Below, in pieces: positions 9,059 through 21,171 of a DNA stretch of 64,000 nucleotides. The stretch lies in IMG/VR virus record IMGVR_UViG_3300032272_000003, positions 1 to 64,000 of that record; one strand, written 5' to 3'. The notes under the pieces are model-generated. The model worked only from the letters and a program-made list of their open reading frames with translations. It was not told where the DNA came from and searched no databases. The DNA comes from a virus. The translations under genes were made by a program, and so were the position numbers. Each line of letters begins with the position of its first letter. Positions within the stretch are counted from its first letter, which is position 1.

Positions 9059-9382
9059 TTAATGACTTACATATCCCCGTGCGTACTTCTTCTGGCGTAA
9101 CGAAGTGACGGGTGCTGTGTCTGGGAGAGGAACCTCGCAGAATCCTTTGATGCTGTTAGGACAGTATGATCCTGCCTCTACTGCCTTGTGGTTGAAGTGA
9201 CGACGAACGACGTATCCGACGAGCACAGCTTTCAACGTTAAAGCGATTGTTAACCCAAAGCTTTCTGCTAGGGAAATGGATATTCCAAACCAAGGGGCGA
9301 CGGCAAATATGGCCATTGTCAATAGGATGTTGCCGACTGTAATCAAGCCAGCTTCTATTAGTGATTCTCGTTTTGTTTGCAT
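9059..9382 (-). CDS. small membrane protein
   Basis: Two TM helices; AAGGAG RBS; TATAAATA at 9430-9437. Confidence 0.7.
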   Translation of the reverse strand: MQTKRESLIEAGLITVGNILLTMAIFAVAPWFGISISLAESFGLTIALTLKAVLVGYVVRRHFNHKAVEAGSYCPNSIKGFCEVPLPDTAPVTSLRQKKYARGYVSH

Positions 9383-10816
9383 TTCAAATCTCCTTAATGT
9401 ACAGCCTGAAAATATCCAGGCTGTACATTTATTTATAACTACATAATATCATATTGACGGAATTGTCGTAAGATAGCCCCAGATAGCCACAGGTACTTCA
9501 TCCGGGGAGTTCTTCAATTTTGGATACCATGGCACCCATATCAAAAGAACTCCCTTCAGAATGGCTCCTGTTAGCCTCTGTACCAAGATACTATTGCGAT
9601 AGAATAGATGAACTGGTAAAAGGTATTGATCGGCAGACCGAGATATGCAGCGGCCATGGTGCTAAATGTTATTGCAACTACGTCGGTACCGAAGTCGATA
9701 TCATCGATTGATTTACGTCGGATCATGTCATTCTCCTGTTATGTATGATTGTAATAGTAACACATAATGATACTAATTACTACTCCATTAGTTTGATTAT
9801 CTTTACGATACGTTTACCTTTCCGGGTCAGTATGATGTGCTGACCCCGGTTGGCAGACATTGTACCACCCTCACTGAAATTAATCGAAGCACTATCAGCA
9901 CTATCATTCTTAATGACTCCATTCTTAATTAGAGCCAATCTAATATGATTTTTATATTGTGGTACTGGGGACGAATAATCCAGCACCGAACGTGTATATT
10001 CCATTGACATCTTGAAAGTGCTGAGCTTACCCTTCTCATCCATTTCCAGCAGCAGAAACTTACTATCCATACTGAGCTTGGCGTAGATATTTAGGTCTCT
10101 ACCGAACTGCCATGAACGATAGAGACCTTTGAGTTTGCTAAAACCGAACATCATACACTTCGAGTGTATAATCACCCTTAGCAGTGAACTCATGTACCCC
10201 GGCACGGCAAGCAATGCCAATGTTGACTGCTACTGTAGGGGTATCTTCAGCCAGTTCCAGTACATTCTTATGGGTAAGCTTCAGAGCCTGGGCAGCTCCA
10301 CGAACGTTGGGAAGCTGTGACATGTCCATCCGTGTGTCCACATAATTAACCAGCTTGGTCTGTAAGTCAAGGTACTGTTCGATAGGTATTTTTTGTAAGT
10401 CCATAGTGATCTCCTGTTAAAGTAATGTCCGGTCAAATGTCCGTTACATTTTTAGTGCTGTGTTGATAGCATCAACGTCGAACTCATCACAGTGTAGCAT
10501 GTATTCAAGTACAGGTACAGGATCGTCGATGCCGTGCATCGCATAGAGTTGATCATCATACACCAACATCTGGGCTATATAAAAAGTATTTTCTTCCGTA
10601 TCAGAACTATAATTGATGTAATGAAATCCGTTCTCTTTTATTCTACATTCATCAATCGCAATCGTGCAACAAACTTGTTCCAAGGAATACTTCACACCAC
10701 TTGGTGATTTGAATTCATAAAACATGATGCACCTATCAGTTAACATCTTTATCAGCATGTCGGTGGTCTGATCTAACTTGAATATGCCCATGGGGATATT
10801 ATTTAATGGTTTTGGG

Positions 10817-11203
10817 TTATTCGCCCCCATCCAACAATCCACTGTAGTCACCCATACACGCATCCATTATAAGGTCACGATACTCTTCTGGAGTACCTTC
10901 CCATTCATAGGCACCAGTGACAATTTTGTAGTGTAGCATGTCGAACATCGGAACCATGGTACCGTCCGGCTTCACTGTGAAATGATCAACAATGCTTCTG
11001 AGAGCAACCTCAAGTGGTAGGTCAAGATTTTTGTTGATAACATGATCCTTGCCCATCTCAGCATAACCATAACAGGATGTTGCCAGCTCTGCATGGGTTG
11101 GTGGTATTGCTGTGGCTTCTTCGGCTCTCACCTGGGTCGATACACCCATAGCAAAGAAGATTAAAAGAAAAATGAATGATGTCGCTTTGATAATATTTGG
11201 CAT
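10817..11203 (-). CDS. secreted/periplasmic hypothetical protein
   Basis: Signal peptide ending VRA-E; GGAGG RBS. Confidence 0.6.
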   Translation of the reverse strand: MPNIIKATSFIFLLIFFAMGVSTQVRAEEATAIPPTHAELATSCYGYAEMGKDHVINKNLDLPLEVALRSIVDHFTVKPDGTMVPMFDMLHYKIVTGAYEWEGTPEEYRDLIMDACMGDYSGLLDGGE

Positions 11204-12276
11204 TGTTGCCTCCTATAGTTTGCTGGCTTGTAGGATTATCCCTACCTGTATGTCTTTCTCACACCCATCGAACATCCATCGGAAGAATGGCCTCATGTTG
11301 TAGAATGTGAATGTCTCAATAACCTGGTTATCATCAGTGTCATCTTCAAACATGTACAACTGGTTATTGAAGCTAAAGAACATCGTGTTGTTACAGAAGT
11401 ATAAAGAATTCTCTTCGAATGTCAAGTCATGATTATCTGCCTTAACAGCACATTTGTACATCACGGTTTCATACCCAAAAGGCATGTTCTCATTGGCATG
11501 TACCTTGAAGATGGTGAACGATTGTGATTTTTTTTGAAAGGCCAGCATGGGGAAGCTCACCTTCACAATCTTGTGTTGTTCCAGGTAGTATTGAGCAAAG
11601 GCACCGTAGTCCTCCACTACCACTGATCCTTTTCAGCTAGGTCATGTGCCCATTCGCGTGGTGTTAATGGTACGTCATCAAAAACGATCTCACCAGTTGA
11701 TATTAGTTGTTTCAGAGCTTCCTTGATAATCAAGGTGTCTTGACTCTCTGGGACACCACCAGCAAAGCATATGGCGGCGATCTCTACCAGGGCGGTACGT
11801 TGGTACTGTGGATCAAGGATCATGTCAATGAAGGCATCACCTGTAAGGTTCCTGGTAGCTTGTAATAAATCAGCTTTTGTCATGATGGTTCTCCGGTTGG
11901 TTATAGGTCAATACTAGCATTGATTTCTTCTTCGGTCAATCCATATGTGATCCCGGCTTGAATTGTATTCATGACAGTTGAGTTTTTAAGTTCTCCCTCT
12001 GTATCCATTAAATAAACCTTTTCTCTGGTGATTGCGATTGTAAAACCAAGCATAGAATACGAAGTGCCACTAAGTTTAACCCACCACGTATATCGAATCT
12101 GTATATCCCAGGCATTATATTTACAGCACTAACACCCCTTGTGAGTATGTCCAGAGCACGAGCTTTGCTGAACAATCTAGTTGACCACCACTCACCATCT
12201 CGCCACTGGATTCGGTCGATCTCAACATCATCATCCATTTCAAGAGTATTAACGAGTTTCATTATTGAGTGGAACT

Positions 12277-12741
12277 TCACTTAAAGATATCCTTTTCTGT
12301 TATGATTCTAAAAAGCATTTTCCTATCCTTAGCGAACTTGGCCGCTGCAATCCACTTGTCGGTGTTGACCTGGTAGGTGTACACCTCTTTCAGATATGTG
12401 TTCTTTCTCTTACCCCTGGTTGGCTTCGGCTGTTGGGTCTGGGCAAATGGTTTGATCTCGATCAATTGTTTAACGATATTACCCGAACGATTCCTAAACT
12501 TCACATAGAGGTCTATTAGGTACCGCCTGGGTTTACCATTGGGAAACTGATCACACATATCAGCCTGTGAAATGTATGGTACGATAACAGTCTCGGCACC
12601 CCACTCCACTACGTTAGGATTACGATCAAAATACTCGAACACTCTCAGCTCCCAGGAAGACATGTACCTCGGGTTCTTAACACCCACATACTTGCTCTTA
12701 TTGATAACTTCATAGATGCCCTGTCGGTAATTATTACCCAT
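12277..12741 (-). CDS. T4 gp4-like head completion nuclease (TnsA-like PD-(D/E)xK)
   Basis: YMSSWE, W..E...VPY, RYLID, LIEIKP, N..KW.AA, F.IITE motifs. Confidence 0.9.
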   Translation of the reverse strand: MGNNYRQGIYEVINKSKYVGVKNPRYMSSWELRVFEYFDRNPNVVEWGAETVIVPYISQADMCDQFPNGKPRRYLIDLYVKFRNRSGNIVKQLIEIKPFAQTQQPKPTRGKRKNTYLKEVYTYQVNTDKWIAAAKFAKDRKMLFRIITEKDIFK

Positions 12742-13763
12742 TACAGCGTCACCGTCATTCTGGCCATTGGTAAATGCTCCCCATACTTCTTCACGAGCTG
12801 CCTACAGGCACGAATGTTTTTAACATATAGCTTGGCAACCCTCTCGTCCATTAAGGCGATGTCGATGCTACCATCGCCTCTCTTCCAATTGACAATCTCA
12901 TTTTCTATCCAGTCAAGGATGTAGTCTTTGGTTCTACCGATTGATGAGTGTTTAGGATTGTTATCGAGAACATAGTCGGCCAGCTCACCCATCCTGACCT
13001 TGCCCCTGCCATTGATATCTAATGTGAATGGAACCTTCGTCTGAAACATGCGGATTGCCCAAGGCACATTAGTAACTCGGATCAACTCTTGGTTATACAT
13101 TCTTGATGTGTTCGGTGGTCCGCCTAAGAAGCATGCCCCGCTCTTATAGACGAACTTATTGAAGTGTGTCTCAGAAGTAACCCAACGATAAAACAATCGT
13201 GTTATTAAATTCTTCGTCTTATTGATACTCATCAATGCTTCGTTTGAGGCTGGGTGATCACCGGTCAATTGGACGATCTTATCAATCACATCCATGTTCT
13301 TGATATCACTGAGACTTGATGGTATGTGATCCATGATAACCAATCGTTGATCGTTATCATCACACGCTTCCAAACAAATCTCTAATTCTCTGATATTCCT
13401 GATACATTCAACAACCTGTAATAGATTGTTCTTCATGAAGCAATCAACCACATCCTTCCAACTATACCGTGAATGTATCTTGTGAATGATAGTTTTCATG
13501 ACATGTGTGTCATTCTCCCGATCAAACTCTTGAATCAGAAAAGCTCTGTCAAGTTCAAACATCTTAGCGGCTAAGTTCTGAAGAGTTGATCCTTTACTAT
13601 CCCGCTTATTTCGTACAGCCATCTCTTCCCTTCTCCTTAGAGTGTCCATAGCCCGTAATATCTCTATATCGTCAAGTTCATCAAACATCCGGTGTGGTAC
13701 CTGCTCCTTGCTCCTGAAAGTAACCATGAAGCAACAGGGCAATCCTTGCTGCCCTATCATCAC
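12741..13763 (-). CDS. hypothetical protein
   Basis: 340-aa ORF, no recognised motif. Confidence 0.6.
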   Translation of the reverse strand: MMIGQQGLPCCFMVTFRSKEQVPHRMFDELDDIEILRAMDTLRRREEMAVRNKRDSKGSTLQNLAAKMFELDRAFLIQEFDRENDTHVMKTIIHKIHSRYSWKDVVDCFMKNNLLQVVECIRNIRELEICLEACDDNDQRLVIMDHIPSSLSDIKNMDVIDKIVQLTGDHPASNEALMSINKTKNLITRLFYRWVTSETHFNKFVYKSGACFLGGPPNTSRMYNQELIRVTNVPWAIRMFQTKVPFTLDINGRGKVRMGELADYVLDNNPKHSSIGRTKDYILDWIENEIVNWKRGDGSIDIALMDERVAKLYVKNIRACRQLVKKYGEHLPMARMTVTL

Positions 13764-13940
13764 GGCCCATCATGTTAATTGCATTGGCGATGTGAAGCTG
13801 TTCCGTGGGTGTTAATGCTGTTCCGGCCAGGGCTGGATCATTATTGTACCACTCCATGAACTTCTCAAGGGCAGCATCAAGATGTCCCTGATTGCGACCA
13901 AAGCCTGACAACTTACCTGTGGCCTTACCCATGTCTGTCA

Positions 13941-14402
13941 TTAGAAGTGTTCCTCACTACCATCGCCTTCAGCATCAGGATCGTCAAACACAAACGCCTC
14001 CATCAGATCAGTAAGACGCTTGTTGCGTTCAATGGCCTCCTCAGCGGTGTTCAGATTGGAGTAGTAGCAATCATTTTCGAGACGGACAATCGCTGCTAGG
14101 GCGAACGGTGTATTTGGATGTACAACCTTAGTGACCTTCAGATGTGCTATCGCTTGATCTACCAGGGTTTCACCTTCAACAAATGGAATTGTGTAATCGA
14201 TCCCTTCGTTCAGGTTCATGGTAGCGTTGGCACGACCAATGTGCTTACAGAACTTGTCACCTTTAGAACACACAGTCAGGGCAAAACGAAGTCGTTTGGA
14301 TGTACGGTCGATCTCGAATACCCACGAAATTGCTGGTCCATGGGCATTACTCACCTTCAAATATGTGTGCCGAAATACGGTGTTGATGTCGCTTATAAAC
14401 AT
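13941..14402 (-). CDS. conserved phage hypothetical protein
   Basis: CSKGDKFCKHIGR motif; AAGGAG RBS. Confidence 0.6.
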   Translation of the reverse strand: MFISDINTVFRHTYLKVSNAHGPAISWVFEIDRTSKRLRFALTVCSKGDKFCKHIGRANATMNLNEGIDYTIPFVEGETLVDQAIAHLKVTKVVHPNTPFALAAIVRLENDCYYSNLNTAEEAIERNKRLTDLMEAFVFDDPDAEGDGSEEHF

Positions 14403-14547
14403 ATTTTGTCTCCTTTGGTTAATATGTATGACCGGTGTTCGTCTGGATAGTTCCTAGACTTTTGCTTTCTTACGAAAGGCCGTCATGTCGGTCAAGCCAA
14501 GACTACCCACATACGTAGGATACCACATCTAGGTAAAAGTTCAACAT

Positions 14548-14578
14548 AAAAAAGCCCCCGGATTTCTCAGGGGGCTTT
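14548..14578 (-). terminator. intrinsic terminator
   Basis: AAAGCCCCC...GGGGGCTTTTTT. Confidence 0.8.
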
Positions 14579-14606
14579 ATAGTATAGTACCAGGGCGGTT
14601 GGTCTT

Positions 14607-15284
14607 TTATCGATGTGAATCGTTGATCTTCGCCTTGACAGCGTTGAGTAAGTTCTGTGTATCAGCCAGAGTAGAAACCCCAACTACCAGATCAGCACCA
14701 GCAAGCAGTTCATCAGAACCAAGACTGTCAAATACTTCAACAGCTTCAGCATACATAACATCAAGAGTTACGTTAATGCGGCTTTCAGCAGCCAAACCAA
14801 CAAGAACACTACCATCAACAGGAGCATCAAGTGCAACAAAGTCAGTCATAGCAGCCAGAAGGCCAACTGAAGTACCTTCAGCAATAACAATCTTTGAAGC
14901 ATTGGTAACGTCATCGGACGTGATTCGAAGATTACCACCAACGATAGATGCGGTAGCACCAGTCAGGGCAGCGTCAAGCAACACGATCAGTTTTGTATAG
15001 CTATCAGTGGTAAGAGTAGTGATATCGATGTCAACCAGGTCAGCACCATCAACACTTACTTGTAGTTTGTAACTACCATCAGCAATTACTGGGTCGTCTC
15101 CGACAACCTTGTCATCACCAATATTGATATCGGCATGACCAGCAACAGAGGCTTGTGCAGCCTTCACAGATTCAAATGCAGCTATGTCAGAAGCATCAAT
15201 CACATCCAGGGGTACGTAGTGAGTCTCAGTGCCCACAAGGTCAACGATATATCCGTCAACACCATTTACTGTATCTACAGCCAT
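14607..15284 (-). CDS. putative virion structural protein
   Basis: Acidic Ala/Val/Asp/Thr-rich; TAAATA late-type promoter near 15331; own terminator. Confidence 0.55.
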   Translation of the reverse strand: MAVDTVNGVDGYIVDLVGTETHYVPLDVIDASDIAAFESVKAAQASVAGHADINIGDDKVVGDDPVIADGSYKLQVSVDGADLVDIDITTLTTDSYTKLIVLLDAALTGATASIVGGNLRITSDDVTNASKIVIAEGTSVGLLAAMTDFVALDAPVDGSVLVGLAAESRINVTLDVMYAEAVEVFDSLGSDELLAGADLVVGVSTLADTQNLLNAVKAKINDSHR

Positions 15285-15378
15285 TCTAAAATCTCCTATA
15301 GTTAATTTAGTACTAAGCTTTATGTACTCGTATTTATCAGTTCAGCCTATTTGACAGGGTAGAATTGGTAAAGTTCCG

Positions 15379-15870
15379 TTACCGTGCCTTTACAGCCTCG
15401 ACATCATCGAGAACTTCTTCTGTATCCAGAGCCTTAACTCTTTCCTTTGTGGTAGCCTTCTCCATCTTCATAACAGCAGCGGTCCACTGTTTGACGATTT
15501 TAGGGTGTTCACCCTTGGCACCCCTAACAATATCATCCATCTCTTTAACGGTAGCCTGGATGTCTTTGGCAATCATCTTCTGTTTGGCTGGGTCTTTCCG
15601 AGCCTTCTTGAAATCACTCTTCAATGATTTCAACTGGTTGATAATATTATCTACCTTGTTATCAATCTCCTGGGTACTATCACCAGAGCGAGATGATTTG
15701 ATGACCTTCTTGATAATATGAACCACAGCCCAAAGATGTAGGAACATAAGTGCTAAACCAGGTAATGCTGCTACTAAGAGAAGTGTCCCAAGAGCTTCAT
15801 TCACTTGTTCGTCATTATATACTTCAGGTATCTCGGCTATATGAGTCTCACACAGTTTATCAAAATCCAT
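15379..15870 (-). CDS. late protein with TM helix, possible internal head protein
   Basis: Acidic propeptide-like N-terminus (KLCE, VNE-A), TM helix, basic helical tail. Confidence 0.5.
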   Translation of the reverse strand: MDFDKLCETHIAEIPEVYNDEQVNEALGTLLLVAALPGLALMFLHLWAVVHIIKKVIKSSRSGDSTQEIDNKVDNIINQLKSLKSDFKKARKDPAKQKMIAKDIQATVKEMDDIVRGAKGEHPKIVKQWTAAVMKMEKATTKERVKALDTEEVLDDVEAVKAR

Positions 15871-16211
15871 TACTTCTTATCCTTTTTATCCTTCTTGGCC
15901 TTCTTTTTCTTCTTGCCATCTTCATCATCTTCATCATCATCATCTTCATCGTCTTCTTTCTTAGATTTAGCAAATGGTGGGATGTTACTCATTGACGCTT
16001 CACAGAGGGATTCGAATCCTTCTACGGTTTCCTTGATACCAGCCATCTTCTTGAAGACACCTGTGACCAGGGCATAATAACGATCATCGTCTTCTTTGAC
16101 TTCTGGGTATTCTTCTTTGACGATTCCTTTGGCTTTTGACCAAAGCTTCTCGGCGGCTTTCTCGTCGATCCCCGCCTTACTGGCGAGAGACTTAATTGCT
16201 GGTGCTGGCAT
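15870..16211 (-). CDS. late hypothetical protein with acidic and basic tails
   Basis: TAAATA near 16236, AGGAG RBS; D/E run followed by K run. Confidence 0.65.
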   Translation of the reverse strand: MPAPAIKSLASKAGIDEKAAEKLWSKAKGIVKEEYPEVKEDDDRYYALVTGVFKKMAGIKETVEGFESLCEASMSNIPPFAKSKKEDDEDDDDEDDEDGKKKKKAKKDKKDKK

Positions 16212-18268
16212 AGTATTCTCCTATTCGTTATGGTGTATTTATCACAGTACGGCTGATTGCCATATCATATCAATGGTCATATCACCCATCTCAATACATC
16301 CTATGATGTACGAGAATAGCTGGTTCATACCATCCATGTAAGACAACTTTGAATTGACATTGGGGGATTTCCTGCTTGACACGATGGCATACTCGCCTTC
16401 TTTAGTAACAATCATGAACTTACCCACCATCCCGGCCCTGGTGATTATAGGATTGTCCACGTAGAACATCCCTGACATCCCGGTACTCAACATCTGAGGT
16501 AATCGGATGATAATCGGTTCATTCATTTGGTCAAGGAATATATCTTCTCCATTTGTAAGTACTTGATATAACTGGAGGATTCTATCATTGTCCTTGACCT
16601 GTGCCAATTGTATATTGTCTAAGTATTCTTTTCTCACCATAGTATTTATGGCGGGTATTATTATTACATCGTCAATGCTATGAAGTAATCAGTAAAGCTC
16701 ATCTTCATGGTTTTGAGTTCATCGATCATATTGTGAAATTGGGTACTCGATATTCGCTCTGTCATGAACAATCCCCTTCTCCCGTCCCAGGCAAAGACAG
16801 TAGCGGGTGAAGCGTGTGGAGGTGGCCATATTGATACTTTGTGCTTCATATATAGAGCAATCTTCGGATCACTCATCATGATCAATTGATCGAGGTTCAT
16901 CCGACCCCTGATTTTACTACCGTTGCTTTTCAGCATACTGAAGTGTTTATCTTTATAGAAGTGGTTCCAGTATTCTGACCCCTGGAGTTGTACTATTGAT
17001 AATCTTGTTATATTAATTTCAACCATCAAAAAGTACCGCAGAATTAATGGCGTCCTCAATCTCCATACCGTGTTGAATGTTGGCGATAATACCTTCGAGG
17101 AAGGTTGTATTGAAGTCGTTGTACTCGACCAGGACAAACTCACCACGGGTCTTGTACATCAGGCAGTAGTCCTCTGCGAAGCTCTTCCCTGGATGAGTTA
17201 CGAACAAAACACCACCGCTTAGCTCAATATATTCCAATTTGAACTTAGCAACACTAGTCATCTTTTTCCACCCATACCCGACGAGTGGGAAGACTTTCCG
17301 ATAATGTAGTCCAATATTATCAAGAAGCTCTTGTGTTAATTTGATTGTCTTCATAATTTCATCACCGCTATCGTCTCCATCATATCCAGGTTGTGTTTGT
17401 GTGCAAGTATCAACGTGTCGAAGGCTTCACAATTATCACAATTAAGCCTCACCTTGGTACTTATTTTACCCACTTCGGCACCGAATGTCAATTTCCTGAG
17501 TATGTCCAGGCACTCAATGACGTATAGCTTGTGGTCGATGTAGGCACCCAGTTTGATAGCATCACAACATATAATGTATAACTGATTCTCTTTTAGGTAC
17601 TTGGTACTACCGATGAGATAATTAGGGACGCTCTGAAGGTCTGTGCTTGAGTTGAAGTAGATTCCAGCATCGTCGAAGCACAGCGGTGCAAATGAACATA
17701 TAGTGTTCATGACCGGCTGTAACGTGACCTCAGTTAGCTCGTTCATAGATTATGGGCAAATATGAATTCATCAGAACACTCTCTCACAAAATCCATGTGG
17801 AAGTTGTACCCGATCTCCAATAGTCCTAACACGATCTCTGTTCCTTCGGGTGTTAGCAGATGAGCATTAGCACCTGGACCATCGACCACCTCAGATAGTA
17901 CAAAATCCTGTACACGGTTCTTACCGATATCTAATTGGTCAGAATATGCGATGTGCATGTTATGAACGCGCCTCACTAAGGTGTATAATGACTCTGCCAT
18001 AGGGTACCTACCCTGGACTAAGTTATGAAGTAACTCAAGAACAAAGAAAGTCTTGGCAGCGAAGTATTCATGAAAATACTCCTGTTTAAGATGCACATCC
18101 ATTAAGGTTATGATCTTCCTGAATGATTTGTCGGACAAACCATTCTCATGTCGGTGGTAAATCTCTGCAACATCCATTACGAATGAAGTACCAGGATTGA
18201 ACATTTGGGTATCCCTCCATGTTGGTCTTACTAAAGTATTTAGACCGTAGAGGGAACAAACTTTTACC

Positions 18269-18823
18269 CTATGCTAACCACCCATGAACCCTGTCTGTTA
18301 AACCCTCATCCACAAACCGGTCATTGATAACGTAGTCAGCCGTCAATTCAGAGTCAAAGAAGTCATCCAGTAAGGTATCATTGGCCAATCTTGCATCAAC
18401 CTGCTCTGGTGCATCCCCACGGGCAAGCATATGCCGCCTGGATAATTCCTCGGTTGTGCAGAATAGAACAATTTTACACTCCACCTCATCCCCGAAGTAC
18501 TCATGGGCACCGTCGATGATCTCCTTAGCACTCCCAGGCACCACCACAATCGTTGAGAACGAGTGTGGGGTTGCATATTCACTCAGGGCACTGCCATAGT
18601 GAGTATCATGAAAGAACGTCGTCTGGAGCCATATAGTTTCGTCGTACTGCTTCTTTGTGATGAAGTGATAGTCAACTCCATCCTGCTCACCCTCTCTCGG
18701 TTGCCTGGTGGTGCCAGACACGACCTTGTTGTAGGTATCAGGCCAGCGTTCGACAAGAGCACGTTCTAATGTGCTCTTACCGCTACCAGACCGTCCCATG
18801 ATTAGTAGGATTGTCTTCTTCAT
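18269..18823 (-). CDS. gmk: guanylate kinase
   Basis: GRSGSGKST P-loop; TTRQPREGEQDGVDYHF signature. Confidence 0.92.
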   Translation of the reverse strand: MKKTILLIMGRSGSGKSTLERALVERWPDTYNKVVSGTTRQPREGEQDGVDYHFITKKQYDETIWLQTTFFHDTHYGSALSEYATPHSFSTIVVVPGSAKEIIDGAHEYFGDEVECKIVLFCTTEELSRRHMLARGDAPEQVDARLANDTLLDDFFDSELTADYVINDRFVDEGLTDRVHGWLA

Positions 18824-19506
18824 CCGATGCTATCCTCAAACTGACGACGTAGGCAGTTCCAAGAATCTGGCCACAGCTCTTGAAGGATACGATCTACCCC
18901 CTTACCGTACTGACGAATCTCCCATTGGGCTTCACCGGTAACACGGAGGGCACAGAACCCGGCCCAATTACGAAGGCTGGCTGTTGCATAGAATGTGCTG
19001 TAGTTACCCACAGGGATCACAGCACGGGCCTGTTCCCGGCAAACACCAAGAGAGATCAACTTGTCATATGCTGAAATTGCATTGGCATATGCTTCTTCAA
19101 GTACCCGGTGTGCTGCGGTTTGGTGCCGAAGATAACCGGCACTAGATTGTTTATTACGTGTTGCTTGTGCTCTGAATACTGCCGGGGTGTAAAACTTACC
19201 AACAGGATCGTCGGTGTATCGCATTGACATCTCATTATATGCCTGGGTACGGTGACGATGCCACTCACGGATAACGAATATTGGGGCGGTGATCAGGAAT
19301 GTAGCAGACTGGTGCTCAAACGGTGTCATGTGGCGGTGGTCGGTCAGGATTGGCATCTGATCAGCATCGTATAGCTCACTGAATACAGAGGTACCTGCTA
19401 TCATCAACTCCAGGTTGGCATATGGGTCTTTCAATCCATACGGCTTAATTTGCAATGTACCGCTCTTGTTCTTGATAAGGGTTGTTGAATGTGGTTGACC
19501 GTTCAT
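18820..19506 (-). CDS. thyX: flavin-dependent thymidylate synthase
   Basis: H.TPFE, REWHRHR...NEMSMRY, AQWEIR. Confidence 0.95.
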   Translation of the reverse strand: MNGQPHSTTLIKNKSGTLQIKPYGLKDPYANLELMIAGTSVFSELYDADQMPILTDHRHMTPFEHQSATFLITAPIFVIREWHRHRTQAYNEMSMRYTDDPVGKFYTPAVFRAQATRNKQSSAGYLRHQTAAHRVLEEAYANAISAYDKLISLGVCREQARAVIPVGNYSTFYATASLRNWAGFCALRVTGEAQWEIRQYGKGVDRILQELWPDSWNCLRRQFEDSIG

Positions 19507-19514
19507 AATATCTC

Positions 19515-20873
19515 CTATTTGATTTTCTTACTCTTTGCCAGTAGGGCTTTAATTTTGTCTTTCTTTGTTACGAGTGCATCGGGTAGGGGTGCCTGGGTAG
19601 TTTGTCCCTCTTCGGGTTGTAAACTGGCCACCCCTGCCAGGGCAGGTTGCTCTGTTATCTGAAGGTTCCTATCATTCCAATATAGTACCACAGGGTAGTT
19701 CGACATCTCAGCATTACGTAGCTTGATGCCCTGGAACTCGACTTGTCCGTTGTCGAGCTGTTCTTCGGTTCTACTAATTGCGATGGTAGCATCTGAGGTG
19801 TTGATCTTCGAAATACCACCGGCAATGTGGGACTGTGATTTGTGGGCCTGGTCAACAGCATCACGATTCAACTGTGATGCGCTGAACCCGTATGCATTAT
19901 ACTCGTCAAATATCTCACGAAGTTCTTCCGTGATTGCTTTGTCTTTACCAAACACACCCTCACTCTGGTGTTGTTTGGGGTTGATGGGTTGCATCAGATC
20001 AAGATAATCAACACATATTACGTCTGGGTGGTGTCCAAACTGTAGGCTATATTCCATCAAATAGGCTCGAATATCATTTGAGTTACAGCCATTCTGCATC
20101 TTCTTAGTGTAAACACTACCAACTTCATCACCATAGCCATCGTATGTCATTTGGATTGTTGTGGTTTCATCAAATACTTTCTTGATTGATACACCTGTCA
20201 TGATAGCATCAAGACGTTTGGATATCATCGCTTCATTAAGCTCAAGCGATATTATCAAACAGTTCAATCCTTGCTTTGACATGTTGGCGGCAATGTTCGA
20301 TAGGGTTACACTCTTACCAGACCCAGAGTTACCAGCGAATATGACGATCTCGCCGCGTCTCACGTTGTCTAGTAGCCGATCTAAACTTGGCCACCCGATG
20401 CTACGGCTATCGATGTATTGTTGCATCATAGCGTGTCTGACAGCCACATCACAGAACTGATCTGTACCAATGTCCTTGTCCACCGATATCATCAGCACAT
20501 CACGGACAGCATCGAATATTTCACCGTAGTTCTCACACTCATCGTCGTCGTTGACGATCTCGGCACTCTTAAGGATGGCCAATCGCATAGCGGAGTTACG
20601 GCAATGCTTTTCAATCTCATCACTAACGTATTCAAATTCAGAGTCACCCACGTCGCGGTGCTCAAGTTTTACTTTGGTCTCAGCATAGATCATGTCTACG
20701 TCTGGGATGTTCTTATACTTGTGGTAATACTCCATAAGGAAGTCCACCACCCTATCAAGAGGCTCATCAAAATATTCTGACTTGACCACACCGATAACTT
20801 TTATGTATAGCGGTACAGAACTTATTATGAACTCAAGTAGTAGTTTTTCTTTTGGATCGATAATCTCACTCAT
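19515..20873 (-). CDS. replicative DnaB-like helicase (gp41-like)
   Basis: GNSGSGKS, ISLEL, VDYLDL, ASQLNR motifs. Confidence 0.93.
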   Translation of the reverse strand: MSEIIDPKEKLLLEFIISSVPLYIKVIGVVKSEYFDEPLDRVVDFLMEYYHKYKNIPDVDMIYAETKVKLEHRDVGDSEFEYVSDEIEKHCRNSAMRLAILKSAEIVNDDDECENYGEIFDAVRDVLMISVDKDIGTDQFCDVAVRHAMMQQYIDSRSIGWPSLDRLLDNVRRGEIVIFAGNSGSGKSVTLSNIAANMSKQGLNCLIISLELNEAMISKRLDAIMTGVSIKKVFDETTTIQMTYDGYGDEVGSVYTKKMQNGCNSNDIRAYLMEYSLQFGHHPDVICVDYLDLMQPINPKQHQSEGVFGKDKAITEELREIFDEYNAYGFSASQLNRDAVDQAHKSQSHIAGGISKINTSDATIAISRTEEQLDNGQVEFQGIKLRNAEMSNYPVVLYWNDRNLQITEQPALAGVASLQPEEGQTTQAPLPDALVTKKDKIKALLAKSKKIK

Positions 20874-21171
20874 AAATTCAATGCCTTCACGTAGTTTATA
20901 ATATCTTGGGTAGTTTTTAGCTTGGATAGTTCCATCTTAATTTCATTAGCCTGGGTCACGCCGTCAAATTCATCAAGCATCCATACAGTTTCACCGTCAA
21001 ACACAGCGAAGGTATTCTCCCGGCTTCCGATATCTTGTAGAACGACAAGGTGGCCCATCGTCATCATTGTTTTTGTATTGTCTATCCTACCACCAATCAC
21101 AACAACGGTACCACCGGCGGAATTACCCCGTAAGTATATATTGTATCGACTATCACGAGCTTTATACGATA

